Part shown: positions 8,864-18,867 of the stretch, in pieces
Numbering within the stretch: the stretch's first letter is position 1
How the letters are laid out: every line of letters starts with the position of its first letter
Source: Methanocella sp.
Lineage (GTDB): Archaea > Thermoproteota > Bathyarchaeia > Bathyarchaeales > Bathycorpusculaceae
Direction of reading: 5' to 3'
Length of the DNA stretch: 30,708 nucleotides
Assembly: GCA_050261115.1 (NCBI GenBank)
Contig: JBLNCY010000009.1
Coordinates: 1 to 30,708, forward strand
Program-made: the position numbers and the translations under genes
The notes under the pieces: generated by a model
Told to the model about the DNA's origin: nothing
The model's input: only the letters and a program-made list of their open reading frames with translations
Databases searched by the model: none

Positions 8864-10150
8864 GTTTCAATCCTTGTTTTGCTGGATTAGCCTTTTGGAC
8901 CTCACTCTCTCTCTATAGTAATATCTAGAAATAGTTTCAATCCTTGTTTTGTTGGATTAGCCTTTTGGACTGGGAACACCAATATCAGCGATGAACAAAC
9001 AACCATCAGTTTCAATCCTTGTTTTGTTGGATTAGCCTTTTGGACGGCACTATATATGCGAAAGAAGTTGCTTTTCCACTGTTTCAATCCTTGTTTTGTT
9101 GGATTAGCCTTTTGGACCTAATCACGGATGCAGGCACATGAGAACTGATGAATGTTTCAATCCTTGTTTTGTTGGATTAGCCTTTTGGACTCCCATTTTA
9201 CCCTTTTATCTGCAGCTTTCGCCATGTTTCAATCCTTGTTTTGTCGGATTAGCCTTTTGGACGTCGTCCACATACGCATTTTGTACTGTGTTTCTTGTAG
9301 CCAGTTTCAATCCTTGTTTTGTTGGATTAGCCTTTTGGACCTCACTCTCTCTCTATAGTAATATCTAGAAATAGTTTCAATCCTTGTTTTGTTGGATTAG
9401 CCTTTTGGACGCGCTTGGGGCACCAAACAAGGTGGTAGTTAATCAGTTTCAATCCTTGTTTTGTTGGATTAGCCTTTTGGACGCTCCGAAACCGTCACCT
9501 TCTCATGCGTGAACATATCAGGTTTCAATCCTTGTTTTGTTGGATTAGCCTTTTGGACAAAATAGACTATGCGATCCTTGCAGCGGTTGACCCCAGGTTT
9601 CAATCCTTGTTTTGTTGGATTAGCCTTTTGGACTGCGGAGAAATTCAAGGGGCGTCATGTTCATAGAGGTAGCGTTTCAATCTTGTTTTGTTGGATTAGC
9701 CTTTTGGACTTTTTTGTACCGACAGGTTCAATCGCAGGGAGCTAGTTTCAATCCTTGTTTTGTTGGATTAGCCTTTTGGACTTCTTTTTATATTGACAGT
9801 TGCTATTGGATGATTTGGGGGTTTCAATCCTTGTTTTGTTGGATTAGCCTTTTGGACCTGAATCCCCCTACCTTAATTCACCTACAAATACGTTTCAATC
9901 CTTGTTTTGTTGGATTAGCCTTTTGGACAGTGAGTTCACCACGTCGTCCCGATGACATTATATCGCGTTTCAATCCTTGTTTTGTTGGATTAGCCTTTTG
10001 GACGGTTAAGTTGGTGGGAACGTGACGCACTTGAGCATCGTTTCAATCCTTGTTTTGTTGGATTAGCCTTTTGGACGGTATCTACTAACAGGGGATTAGC
10101 AAACAATGGGAAAGTTTCAATCCTTGTTTTGTTGGATTAGCCTTTTGGAC
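8864..10150 (-). CRISPR. CRISPR array of 18 repeats (37 bp, minus strand GTCCAAAAGGCTAATCCAACAAAACAAGGATTGAAAC) and 17 spacers of 33-41 bp
   Basis: Repeats start (+ coordinates) at 8864, 8934, 9009, 9081, 9154, 9226, 9304, 9374, 9446, 9522, 9597, 9674, 9745, 9821, 9892, 9967, 10040 and 10114. Variants at 8864 (T>C), 9226 (T>C) and 9674 (1-nt deletion). Orientation from the 3' ATTGAAAC handle and the leader position. Confidence 0.99.
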
Positions 10151-10270
10151 AGGGGGCTTTTTGGGCTTATTTTGCAGTTTAGGACATTTTTCTCAGGCGA
10201 TTTCTGAGGGGTGTACCCGTATTGATTAATTATTTGTTCCCTTATAAAGATACGGCTGTTTGCGTTTTTA
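10151..10270 (-). promoter_or_regulatory. CRISPR leader with TATA box
   Basis: Non-coding region next to the consensus-end repeat. Minus-strand TTTATAAG at 10248-10241 and a small inverted repeat CTCAG/CTGAG at 10192-10208. Confidence 0.75.
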
Positions 10271-10311
10271 ACGTTGAACCTAGAAAAATAAATCAGAATA
10301 CTCCCGTGCTG

Positions 10312-10614
10312 TTACTGTGCTGGGCACTCCTGTATTAGGGGATTCTGGCTTAACTCGTTTATGTTACTGCTAATTGTCACAACATCACCCACAGCAGTAA
10401 TCAGCGATACAGGCATACATACTGTGGAGCTCCTGAACCGTTTTTTGAATCCTAAAGATTCTGAAGCCGTACCTGAGAGCTTAACATGCAGATGAGTAAC
10501 ACTCCAAGAGGCCGTATTAACCTCTGCGCCTTTAATTTCACCGATAATTGTACCGCCAGATCCAATAACGTTCTTCCCATAAAGCGTATCAATACTTACC
10601 AAAAATTCCACCAA
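10312..10614 (-). CDS. PRC-barrel domain protein
   Basis: LYGKNVIGSGGTIIGEIKGAEVNTASWSVTHL...ITAVGDVVTI is a typical archaeal PRC-barrel pattern. Confidence 0.85.
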   Translation of the reverse strand: MVEFLVSIDTLYGKNVIGSGGTIIGEIKGAEVNTASWSVTHLHVKLSGTASESLGFKKRFRSSTVCMPVSLITAVGDVVTISSNINELSQNPLIQECPAQ

Positions 10615-10710
10615 CAGAGAACTCTCGAAAAGAAATAAATTCCTTATGGCATAGAAGGGGTAACTTAAATTATTTTTTAAATTATGAATTAAAAAAATAA
10701 AAGAAGGGGT

Positions 10711-12948
10711 TTAGAGAATTACCCTTGTATTGTATTTCGCCAGGTAGTCTAAGTGCGCCTTGTCAAAGGGGTAACTCTCTGTACTTGGATATGGGTAGCC
10801 GCTCATGGCCAAGAATGGCATTTCGTCAACCGTGAACTCAAAGCCGTATCCCCAAGCGCCTGGCGGATCCTTGAACCAGCAGGCTACGATAAAGAAGTAG
10901 TCACGCACCATGCCTTCTGGGACTGGCTCAAGCGCGTCAGCATCGAATAGAATATTCACCTGATCGCCCTGGCGTCCGATCACAAACATGTCGTCGGCAG
11001 CTAACAGTAGCTCGGTTACGTCTCCGTATCTTGTGAATGCCCCTCTGGAGGTTGAGTTTGTCTCCCAAAGCTGGTTAAGATCCGCAGAGTCAGGGTCGAG
11101 TCTTTGAACATCTATTTGTGCTTGCGGTGATATGTCGATACCTATGTAGTCGAAAGTGACATTGAAGAAGTTATTGAATCGTATCTGGTAGTCTACTGTG
11201 TCTTCTGGGAAGAGGCCTGTTAACTCGACGCTGTATGAGCGTGAACGGTAGTCTGCGGGAATTGGTATGTCCTTTTCAATGCGTATCCATGATCCGTTTG
11301 CGGCTCTTACTTCTAGGAAGGGCGCTGGGGTGACTTCGGTGCCGTCTTGGATTAAGCCTTGGGCTGCAGCTGCTTGGAAGCTTTCAATCCATGCATAGTA
11401 TGGTTCTGGTAGGCCCCAGTCAACCATGCCGGTAATCACCAGTTTTATCTCTGATGCATCAGTTAAGTCGCCCAGATCCAGCGTTAACTGGTTTAGAGTG
11501 ATATTGTTCCATACGCTGTCATAGCCGTTGATTCCTGGAGTAAATATGCCATCAAGTGTTCGTAGCTGCTCTAAGACGTCTTCGCCGTATTGATTGGTTG
11601 CGCTGGCCGGCGTGAGAATGTTGCTGCTGTTGACTGTGTATATTCTTCCGGTTGGACCTTTGCTTAGGTAACTTGACATGGACATGTAGGCGTCGGTGCC
11701 AGCTGGGTGGTCAACTGCTAGAAGGTATGCTTGGTCGAGGTAGAATAGTTCGTCCCATTGCTGTGCAAGTACGAATTCAAAGTTCCCGTTTTTGCTAGCA
11801 ATTAGGTCTCTTTCTATCTTGACGTAATCAAAAGGGTTTCCATTCTTAAAGACGATTGATCCGTCGGCGTTAATGTGTCCGATGTAGCCTAGCCAACCAG
11901 AGTTTGACACGTCAGTGATGTATGAGTAGCCTGTCCCGTTCCACACGTACAGTGATGGACAAGAAGCATAGCCGCTAATCAAAGTGTAAGAAGCGACTAG
12001 AATTAGCCTGTTAGACAGTGTAAATGTTCGTGAAGCGGATCGTACTCCATCGCTCCAGTAATCAAACGCTAACACCCCTGTACCGACATCAAAAGGTGTA
12101 GGCACTGAAATACTGTAGTCACCAACCGGCAGCACCTCCTGGAAAGCCGTCTGATACTCAACACCATTTAACGTAAAAGGTAAAGCCTTCGATCCGCCGC
12201 CTGAACGGTTAATCGTCAAAGTATGATACCCCGTCTTCACAATAACGAACGTGCCTTGAAGGGTGTTAACTTTAACAGTGTGCTTACCTTCGGCGGATGC
12301 GTTTACATTAAAAGTGAGGGTTTGGGTTTCTCCCGGAGCCATCTCGATCACTGTGGCGTTGACGATTTCGCCATTAACCGTTACGCGTACGTATAGTTCG
12401 TCGGTTTCTGAGGAGGGGTTTTGTGCGGATACGGTGACGGCGACTGTTTCGTTGGCCCAGGCTTCGTAGGGGGTGGTTTTGAGGTTGGATAATATGATTT
12501 TGCTGGAGTCGGGAGAAGCGTCTTTGAGGTTAAAGCTTCCATATTGATCGGCGATTTGTACGCTGTAGTTGCCCGCAACGGTTTTGATGACAGGGAATTC
12601 GACGATTTCGGAGGACCGCAGCCCTGCAAGGGTTAAATTAGTTGATTGATCGACTGTGCCGTTTAGAACCAGCTCTATGAGCACTGAACCCTCAACGTCC
12701 CCTATGTTGGTTACGTTTACTGAGACCATGATGGATTCACCCACATATGCTTCGGCGGGGTTTATTGTGAGGTCAGATACGACAAAGGTGGCGGGTTTTG
12801 AGGCGCCTGTGATTGTGCCTTGATCAAGCAGGTAGAGGTAGGCACCCGCCGCGAAGGCAACGATGATTAAGTCGATGATTAAGATAGCTTTTAATTTTCC
12901 CACAGCTGAGCGAGATAACATAGTAATTTTTCTCCGTTCAGTTTGCAT
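10711..12948 (-). CDS. membrane-anchored surface protein with two CARDB/Ig-like domains and a C-terminal SCP-x-LY-x-WNG module
   Basis: N-terminal TM helix. Two CARDB-like repeats (VSDLTINPAEAYVGESIMVSVNVTNIG and LSNLKTTPYEAWANETVAVTVSAQN). C-terminal motifs ASCPSLYVWNG, TRYGDV and MSGYPYP...YNTR. Confidence 0.75.
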   Translation of the reverse strand: MQTERRKITMLSRSAVGKLKAILIIDLIIVAFAAGAYLYLLDQGTITGASKPATFVVSDLTINPAEAYVGESIMVSVNVTNIGDVEGSVLIELVLNGTVDQSTNLTLAGLRSSEIVEFPVIKTVAGNYSVQIADQYGSFNLKDASPDSSKIILSNLKTTPYEAWANETVAVTVSAQNPSSETDELYVRVTVNGEIVNATVIEMAPGETQTLTFNVNASAEGKHTVKVNTLQGTFVIVKTGYHTLTINRSGGGSKALPFTLNGVEYQTAFQEVLPVGDYSISVPTPFDVGTGVLAFDYWSDGVRSASRTFTLSNRLILVASYTLISGYASCPSLYVWNGTGYSYITDVSNSGWLGYIGHINADGSIVFKNGNPFDYVKIERDLIASKNGNFEFVLAQQWDELFYLDQAYLLAVDHPAGTDAYMSMSSYLSKGPTGRIYTVNSSNILTPASATNQYGEDVLEQLRTLDGIFTPGINGYDSVWNNITLNQLTLDLGDLTDASEIKLVITGMVDWGLPEPYYAWIESFQAAAAQGLIQDGTEVTPAPFLEVRAANGSWIRIEKDIPIPADYRSRSYSVELTGLFPEDTVDYQIRFNNFFNVTFDYIGIDISPQAQIDVQRLDPDSADLNQLWETNSTSRGAFTRYGDVTELLLAADDMFVIGRQGDQVNILFDADALEPVPEGMVRDYFFIVACWFKDPPGAWGYGFEFTVDEMPFLAMSGYPYPSTESYPFDKAHLDYLAKYNTRVIL

Positions 12949-13129
12949 ATGAAATAGCTATCTTGGGCATTAAAGGTTATCGTGAAAAGGATAATCCGGG
13001 GAAAATGGGGTAATCAAGCATAATCCTGCTTTCCACCTTGCGTTTAATTCCTAAAAGTTGCTACATGCTGCGACAACTTAGGTTCAATAGTTTTCTAATG
13101 TAATAATAAGAAAATAAGGAGAAACAGAA

Positions 13130-13405
13130 ATGGTATCAGCAGTTGTTTTAGTCAACACCCAAGTTGGCGAAGAAAACAGGGTCCTTGAGGATATAAAACG
13201 TCTTCCCATTGTTGAGGATGTGCAGGTTCTTTGGGGAGTCTACGACCTCATGGTTAGAGTAAAAACTAACAACGTTGGTGCCCTAAGAGAAACCGCAATG
13301 GATTTTCGTGGTTTGAGCGGCGTATCAAACGTTCTAACACTCATGATACACAATAAAAATCAAAAGGAAGGCGGATTACTTGAGCAGCAATCTACAACTG
13401 TTTGA
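13130..13405 (+). CDS. stand-alone Lrp/AsnC ligand-binding domain protein
   Basis: AVVLVNTQVG...VEDVQVLWGVYDLMVRV...GVSNVLTLMI, no HTH domain. Confidence 0.88.
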   Translation: MVSAVVLVNTQVGEENRVLEDIKRLPIVEDVQVLWGVYDLMVRVKTNNVGALRETAMDFRGLSGVSNVLTLMIHNKNQKEGGLLEQQSTTV

Positions 13406-13439
13406 GCCGAAACTCGAAACCGTAGGAGACAACGCATAC

Positions 13440-13565
13440 ATGCCGCGTGTTTTCGAGGTTAAGATGCCCTGTCAGTGGCTCATGAACTGCTATGAAGGTA
13501 AATGCCCTGCTTTGAGGCGAAAGAATGGAAACCTCTACTGTGCAAAGAAAAGCCGTCCAAGTTAG
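13440..13565 (+). CDS. small Cys-rich protein (41 aa)
   Basis: AGGAG at 13424-13428 before ATG 13440. MPRVFEVKMPCQWLMNCYEGKCPALRRKNGNLYCAKKSRPS has four Cys. Confidence 0.5.
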   Translation: MPRVFEVKMPCQWLMNCYEGKCPALRRKNGNLYCAKKSRPS

Positions 13566-13677
13566 CATGCCTCAGGCAAACTGGCACCTACGCCACAAAA
13601 GAGAACAAGGAACCAAAAAAGAAAACAACTAGTTAAGTTATCCAAAAAATGGAAGCAGCGCTGCTTGCCAGCGCGGT

Positions 13678-15390
13678 CTAGCAGTGTTTCTTTGCCAGCT
13701 TCACATCGATTAATGGTTGTAAATGTAGCTCAAACGCCGCTGCGGGATTCTCAAGCTTCCAAGCCTCAAGCACACCCGGATAAAGCTCACCCACAAATCC
13801 CACACAGACGCCATCCACCAAAACCTCTCCGACGCGCCCTTCCATAAAGCTCGGGTGGGAAGCAGCTTTTATTTGCCACTCAACCCCAAAGTTAGCCATA
13901 AACGAATCCAACGCTGACTTTATTTCGCTGAAATTCGCGTTAGGATGCGTGGTGAGTGCGGCAAGCCAGTTCTCGTCTCGGGTTCTTGTCTCTTTAGTCT
14001 CATCCAGCAGGGTTACTATGCCTAACTCGAAGATTTTTTGGGGAAACTCGACCGATTGGTTAACGCTTGAAAATGCTAAGAGGCTTGGCAGAAGCCAGTT
14101 ACGCAGGCAAGTCATAGTGTTGACTTTTGGGTTAGCCAGCTCAGCAGGTTTGGTTGGTTCAAGGTTCATTTTCTGGAATAGTGTTTCTTGATTGGTTAGG
14201 GTGTTGTTGAGGGTTTCTTGATAGCCCAAGCCAACCATTAAGTCGCGTGCGATGTTGATTAGTCGCTGGTCGGATTTGGCTTTGCCAGTGGTTGGTAGTT
14301 CACGCCAAAGCGGCAGGATGTTATTGTAGCCATAGGCAATCGCCACGTCTTCAATGAGGTCCACTTGATGCATGACGTCAACGCGGTAGCAGGGAACAAC
14401 CACAGACAAACAATCACCCTCAACGCGCTCAACGCCAAGGCCCGCAGTCCCCAACAGGGAAGCTATTTCAGTTGAAGACAAACCAAGACCCAGCAGTCTG
14501 TTAGTGTCAGCCACAGACAACTCGAGAGTGCGGCTGCTAAAATCGGGCGTAACCACCGAACCCAAAGTGTACCCATCAGCAGGATAATGGACTGTCACGT
14601 TGGATGCTTGGCCGCCGCGGTCAATAAGCGCCAAAGTCACCAGGTTCAATGTGTTAAGAACGGATTGATAAACGGTACCTGTAACTTCCACAAGCAAGTT
14701 AACGGACTGCTCGGTAATTTTGCCCAAGTCATTTGAGTTTATGATCGGAGGGAAAGAGAGCACTCTGCCTTCGCTGTCAAAGAGCATCGGGTAGAGGGGG
14801 TGACGTTTCACTATGTGACCGTACTCTTGTCCTTTAGGGTGGCACTCGAGCACTTTATCGAGATCCATCTTTTCATTGAATCCTAAAGGTACAAAGCTAA
14901 CCTCTGAGGGCTTAACCGCCGTGTAGTGGATTGGCGGCTTGATTAAGTCAAGGTTGTAGATGCCGATGCTGGTTTTCTGGCGGTTACGTCCGCTGGTCTG
15001 GTCAAGTTTCTCCTGTAAATGCATGATGCCCTTGATTACTTCATCTGAGAGATGGATGCCTTTTATGACGCTACAGCAGATGTAGGGGCGAATCCCAAAA
15101 ACTTTGGCATCAACAGTGACCTCCACATCCGATTTCCCAAGTGAGTAGGCTTTGATGCCTTTTTCTTGGCCTAGATAGCCGCGTAATGCGCGGCTTAAGC
15201 CTTCAACGCTCCAAAGGTCAGGGCGATTAGTATCCTTAAACTCGACAGTAACCGCGTTCTCTTTCTCGTCAAAGCCCTTAACTTCAGCCTTAACATAGGA
15301 CAGTATGTCGTCTAGTTTTTCCATGTCTCCCGCTAAGTCTATGCCAAGGAGACGTTGCAGTTCTTGGTAGTCTACATCGATTGTTGGCAT
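13678..15390 (-). CDS. pheT: phenylalanine--tRNA ligase beta subunit (archaeal type)
   Basis: NRPDLWSVEG, LSFPPIINS, YRVDVMHQVDLIEDVAIAYGY. Adjacent to pheS. Confidence 0.97.
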   Translation of the reverse strand: MPTIDVDYQELQRLLGIDLAGDMEKLDDILSYVKAEVKGFDEKENAVTVEFKDTNRPDLWSVEGLSRALRGYLGQEKGIKAYSLGKSDVEVTVDAKVFGIRPYICCSVIKGIHLSDEVIKGIMHLQEKLDQTSGRNRQKTSIGIYNLDLIKPPIHYTAVKPSEVSFVPLGFNEKMDLDKVLECHPKGQEYGHIVKRHPLYPMLFDSEGRVLSFPPIINSNDLGKITEQSVNLLVEVTGTVYQSVLNTLNLVTLALIDRGGQASNVTVHYPADGYTLGSVVTPDFSSRTLELSVADTNRLLGLGLSSTEIASLLGTAGLGVERVEGDCLSVVVPCYRVDVMHQVDLIEDVAIAYGYNNILPLWRELPTTGKAKSDQRLINIARDLMVGLGYQETLNNTLTNQETLFQKMNLEPTKPAELANPKVNTMTCLRNWLLPSLLAFSSVNQSVEFPQKIFELGIVTLLDETKETRTRDENWLAALTTHPNANFSEIKSALDSFMANFGVEWQIKAASHPSFMEGRVGEVLVDGVCVGFVGELYPGVLEAWKLENPAAAFELHLQPLIDVKLAKKHC

Positions 15391-15391
15391 C

Positions 15392-16906
15392 TTAATTCAC
15401 CTGCTGTTTACGGAGCCACTCAAGGTCCTGACTAAAAATCTGTCTAATATCACTAATACCTGAATGCATCATAAACAAGCGATCAACACCCAGCCCCCAA
15501 GCGATAACGGGCACTTTTACACCCAAAGGCTGAGTCACCTCAGGCCGGAAAATCCCAGATCCCCCGAACTCTATCCAGCCATAACCCGTCTTGTATGCGC
15601 TTAACTCTACGCTGGGTTCCGTGAAGGGGAAATAGTCGGGTTTGAAGCGTACCTTTTCTGCGCCCGCAATTTCTATAGCAAATTTACCTAAAACGCCTAA
15701 TAGGTCACGTAGAGTCAATTTCTCATCGATGATTATGCCTTCAACTTGGTTGAATTCGCTAAGGTGTGTGCGGTCGGTGATTTCAGGGCGATACACGCGT
15801 GCAATGGCAAAGTGGCGACTGGGTATCGTGTAGTTGCCGCTTTCTAGGGTTCTTGCGCTAAGGCAGGTTCCTTGGCTGCGTAAGATTAGTCGCTGGGCAG
15901 CTTCAAGGGTATATTTGGAGCCCCAGCCGGTGGAGCCAGTTATCCAGCCGTTTTCGTGCGTCTGCTTGACCTGCTCCACTGCTTTAGAGTGGCTTGCTAA
16001 ATCGCCATATTTGGGCTCCTTTATGTAAAATACGTCAGTGGGTTCGCGGGCTGGGTGATCTTGAGGCTCGTTTAAGGCGTCAAAATTGAAGAAGGCAGTT
16101 TCAACTTGGGTACCGCTCATCTCCTGAAAACCCAGCTCTATGAGTTTTGCGCGGACATCATCAAGAAACATCAGGTACGGATGCTTTTTGCCAGGCCAAG
16201 TTTTGGCGACGGGAGCTTCTATGTTGTATTTTTGGAATTTGGTTTCGCGCCACTTCCCAGAAATAATTAGTTCAGGTGTAAGCTTGGTTACCTCTGGAGC
16301 AGTAACTATGGCTGTTGAAGCTGCTTTTTTGCCTTCTTCGGTTATGCTTAGGCTTCGGGTGGTTTTTGGTTCTATGGTAACGAGTTTGCGTTTTTTTAGC
16401 TGTTCAGCTGCGGCTTTTAGCTCATTGCTTAAGCTCTCTAGACTTACCTGGCCCTTTTCGGCGAGGGTTTTTAGGAGAACTTCATCTGACCCCTCAGGTA
16501 CGGTGGCTTGCTGCATGGTTAAGGTGTTGTTTTGGGAGTTGTATGTAGCCCATTTTTTTCGGATAACCCAGCCTTGGGCAATCTGGACAAACTGCTGCTC
16601 AAGGCCAGCTTGCTCTGCGGCTTTCTTTAGGTCTGCGCATCCGCCCATTTGGGCTACTTCTTGGATTAGTTTTCGCTCAGGCAAATCGCTCTGCGCATAA
16701 GTTTTGCCTTCAGCGGTAAGTTTGATGATATTCTGCGTTGTTGCCTGTATAGAGAGTAGATTTTGTTCTTGCAGGGTTAACGCGGCGCGCATAACTGCTG
16801 CATCTGGAAAGCCGCATTGCTCTACTAGCGTCTCTACGCTGGCGTTTCCGCCGAGTTTGTCTAATGCGGCGAGTAACTGTTGTTCCTGCAGCCTAAGTTC
16901 AACCAT
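15392..16906 (-). CDS. pheS: phenylalanine--tRNA ligase alpha subunit (archaeal type)
   Basis: FNFDALNEPQDHPAR, THLSEFNQVEG, YFPFTEPS, GIFRPE, AWGLGVDRL, with a long archaeal N-terminal extension. Confidence 0.97.
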   Translation of the reverse strand: MVELRLQEQQLLAALDKLGGNASVETLVEQCGFPDAAVMRAALTLQEQNLLSIQATTQNIIKLTAEGKTYAQSDLPERKLIQEVAQMGGCADLKKAAEQAGLEQQFVQIAQGWVIRKKWATYNSQNNTLTMQQATVPEGSDEVLLKTLAEKGQVSLESLSNELKAAAEQLKKRKLVTIEPKTTRSLSITEEGKKAASTAIVTAPEVTKLTPELIISGKWRETKFQKYNIEAPVAKTWPGKKHPYLMFLDDVRAKLIELGFQEMSGTQVETAFFNFDALNEPQDHPAREPTDVFYIKEPKYGDLASHSKAVEQVKQTHENGWITGSTGWGSKYTLEAAQRLILRSQGTCLSARTLESGNYTIPSRHFAIARVYRPEITDRTHLSEFNQVEGIIIDEKLTLRDLLGVLGKFAIEIAGAEKVRFKPDYFPFTEPSVELSAYKTGYGWIEFGGSGIFRPEVTQPLGVKVPVIAWGLGVDRLFMMHSGISDIRQIFSQDLEWLRKQQVN

Positions 16907-17275
16907 TCACATGCAACCTGCACTTAAGTATACGTTAACAGTAGTTCGTTTGACAAAGATAAAAGCATGCTGATTTCATCAACAACAGATAACCGAAAAA
17001 TCAAACTGGGCGATGTCAAGAAAAGCCCACTTGTATTCATCCAGTCTCTTCTATTCCTGCTGACACTTGTTCTTTCGGTCCCCTTTTGGTGCACCTGTCA
17101 GTCCACGCATTAGCCGCCTCCTAAAAGTTGGGCACCCTACCTTCCAACTCTGCTTTCTGATCGGATTCATCATTGCATTCTACAACTAACTCGTAAGGCT
17201 CAGGGATGAAGGAAGCCTTCTCGTGCTCATCTCTACAGCTTTTGAGGTAACGCCTGCTAAATATCGGCTGACTAT

Positions 17276-18058
17276 TCATTTTCTCCTAAGCCAAGTTATA
17301 ACGATGGTCACTAATACCCCCATAGCTACTAAAACACTACTTATTTCCGTTAACAATAAGACGTTTTGATTACCGCTGTGGTTGACTCCAATACCGATTA
17401 ATGCCCAAATAACCACCAAAGCATAAGCAATGTCTTTACGAATTCCAAGCATAAGCATGGTTATAACCAAAGCGACCGCTACAACGATTATCGCCCAAAT
17501 CTCAGGACTAATTCCAAAGCCATCCCAATTGTAAGCAGTCAAAGTGACAGCGACATTCGCCATTGAAGCGATTGTTATCCACCCCAAGTAGACACTAAAC
17601 GGAAGATGAACTGCCAATCTCTCACTGGTTTTAACTTTTGAGCGGCCGATGTTTAAGCGCAAATAAATAGCAATCAGGCTAAGCAAAAGCGCAAATATCA
17701 AAACAACCGATAAAATAAGACTTTCAAACTGCCAAACAAAGATCCAAGCGATATTTATTAAACTGCTAAGTGCGAATAACCAGCCGATTTTTTTATGATA
17801 AGCCCTGCTACGTTCTCTTGGTAATGCTTGATAAACGACAAAGACCCCTAGCAGGATATAGATGATAGCCCAGATTGAGAAAGCGTAGCCGGCAGGAGTA
17901 ATAAGCGTAGGATTATTATTCGATATAGCGGCAGTGTCTCTTCCACCAATAAGAGTAGTGCTTCCAGCAATACTGTTCACTATAACGGTCAAAACGAAAA
18001 GTAAGATGTTGGCGTACCTTACAACTGCATAGTTATTTTTTTCCAAAAAACCAACCAA
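17276..18058 (-). CDS. TspO/MBR-related tryptophan-rich membrane protein
   Basis: TLITPAGYAFSIWAIIY, NIAWIFVW, PFSVYLGWITIA and multiple TM helices. Confidence 0.8.
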   Translation of the reverse strand: MVGFLEKNNYAVVRYANILLFVLTVIVNSIAGSTTLIGGRDTAAISNNNPTLITPAGYAFSIWAIIYILLGVFVVYQALPRERSRAYHKKIGWLFALSSLINIAWIFVWQFESLILSVVLIFALLLSLIAIYLRLNIGRSKVKTSERLAVHLPFSVYLGWITIASMANVAVTLTAYNWDGFGISPEIWAIIVVAVALVITMLMLGIRKDIAYALVVIWALIGIGVNHSGNQNVLLLTEISSVLVAMGVLVTIVITWLRRK

Positions 18059-18280
18059 ATTTATTTGGCAATCAAGGATATTTAAAATAATCGTCTATAT
18101 TGCATGCGGCTTTTGCATAAGCAAGCATCAATAAATGTGCGCGTCAAAAAAAATATTTTTTTTTAATTGTAATGTTGTTATGCCTATTCAATCACATTAA
18201 CAATTTAGCTTTTAATTGAAGTCTTGCAGTAAGGGGCCTTTAGAAGGAGCAAATATAGGGTACAAAGTGTAGCTATAAAG

Positions 18281-18433
18281 TTGTTGGACAGCGCCAAGCT
18301 GCAACGTGGCTTTGCCGGTATAGTAAAGGATGCATCTGATGATATGCCTGAGGGTGTAGAGCTGCGAATCAAAGCCGCAATCGAAGGCAACTTTATGGTT
18401 TTAGCTGCCGATAACTTAGCCCTAAAGGGGTAA
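18281..18433 (+). CDS. possible small protein or gene remnant (50 aa)
   Basis: Frame open from 18233 to 18433. Reads LLDSAKLQRGFAGIVKDASDDMPEGVELRIKAAIEGNFMVLAADNLALKG, with its stop abutting the stop of the convergent ORF. Confidence 0.3.
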   Translation: MLDSAKLQRGFAGIVKDASDDMPEGVELRIKAAIEGNFMVLAADNLALKG

Positions 18434-18685
18434 TTATACTTCGCATTTTTGGCTTTGGGGTTTTAGGGTAAGATTTAGTTTTAAGGTGAATTCATATTCG
18501 CCGTGCTCTTTGGCAAAGGCGATGTTGAAGCCTTCAACAGCTACTTTCATAGGTTCACCGCTATCCTGCATGGACTTTATTGTATCAATGAATCCTCGGA
18601 CTTTGCTGACAATTTCATTGATGTCTATGTCGGCGGTTTGGGTTTTTCCTGTAGGTTCTTCCTTTCGAACTTCGATTTCAACCAA
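18434..18685 (-). CDS. hypothetical protein (83 aa)
   Basis: Strong GGAGGTGA ribosome-binding site upstream, TTTAAA TATA near 18734-18739, protein-like composition. Confidence 0.75.
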   Translation of the reverse strand: MVEIEVRKEEPTGKTQTADIDINEIVSKVRGFIDTIKSMQDSGEPMKVAVEGFNIAFAKEHGEYEFTLKLNLTLKPQSQKCEV

Positions 18686-18867
18686 TTACAAATCACCTCC
18701 CAAGGAGCTATCAAATAATCAATGTAGCTATCGTTTAAAGGTGTGTGACTGCAAGATAACAAGCACAGACCTTGATTTTACCTAAGCAGCTTCGGTTCTA
18801 GACCAAAGCTTCCTGTCTCAAGAGAAAGTGCCTAAAAAAGAAAGAAAAGAGTTAGCTCTAAGTCTAA

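Noticed and set aside
8902-10025. ORFs 8902-9087, 9138-9368, 9152-9358 and 9657-10025
   Set aside because: They are translations of CRISPR repeats (repeating FNPCFVGLAFWT), not genes.
9858-10113. Spacer 9858-9891 shares CTTAATTCACCT with 15391-15402, and spacer 10077-10113 shares ~12 nt with cas7
   Set aside because: Too short, and the first includes a generic RBS. By eye I found no full protospacer in the window, including the integrated element. A BLASTn-short search would be needed to confirm.
16979-17125. AGGAGG-preceded short minus-strand ORF with an in-frame TAG upstream of pheS (leader peptide or readthrough)
   Set aside because: 19 codons with no Phe run, no recognisable homology and no pyrrolysine machinery in the window.
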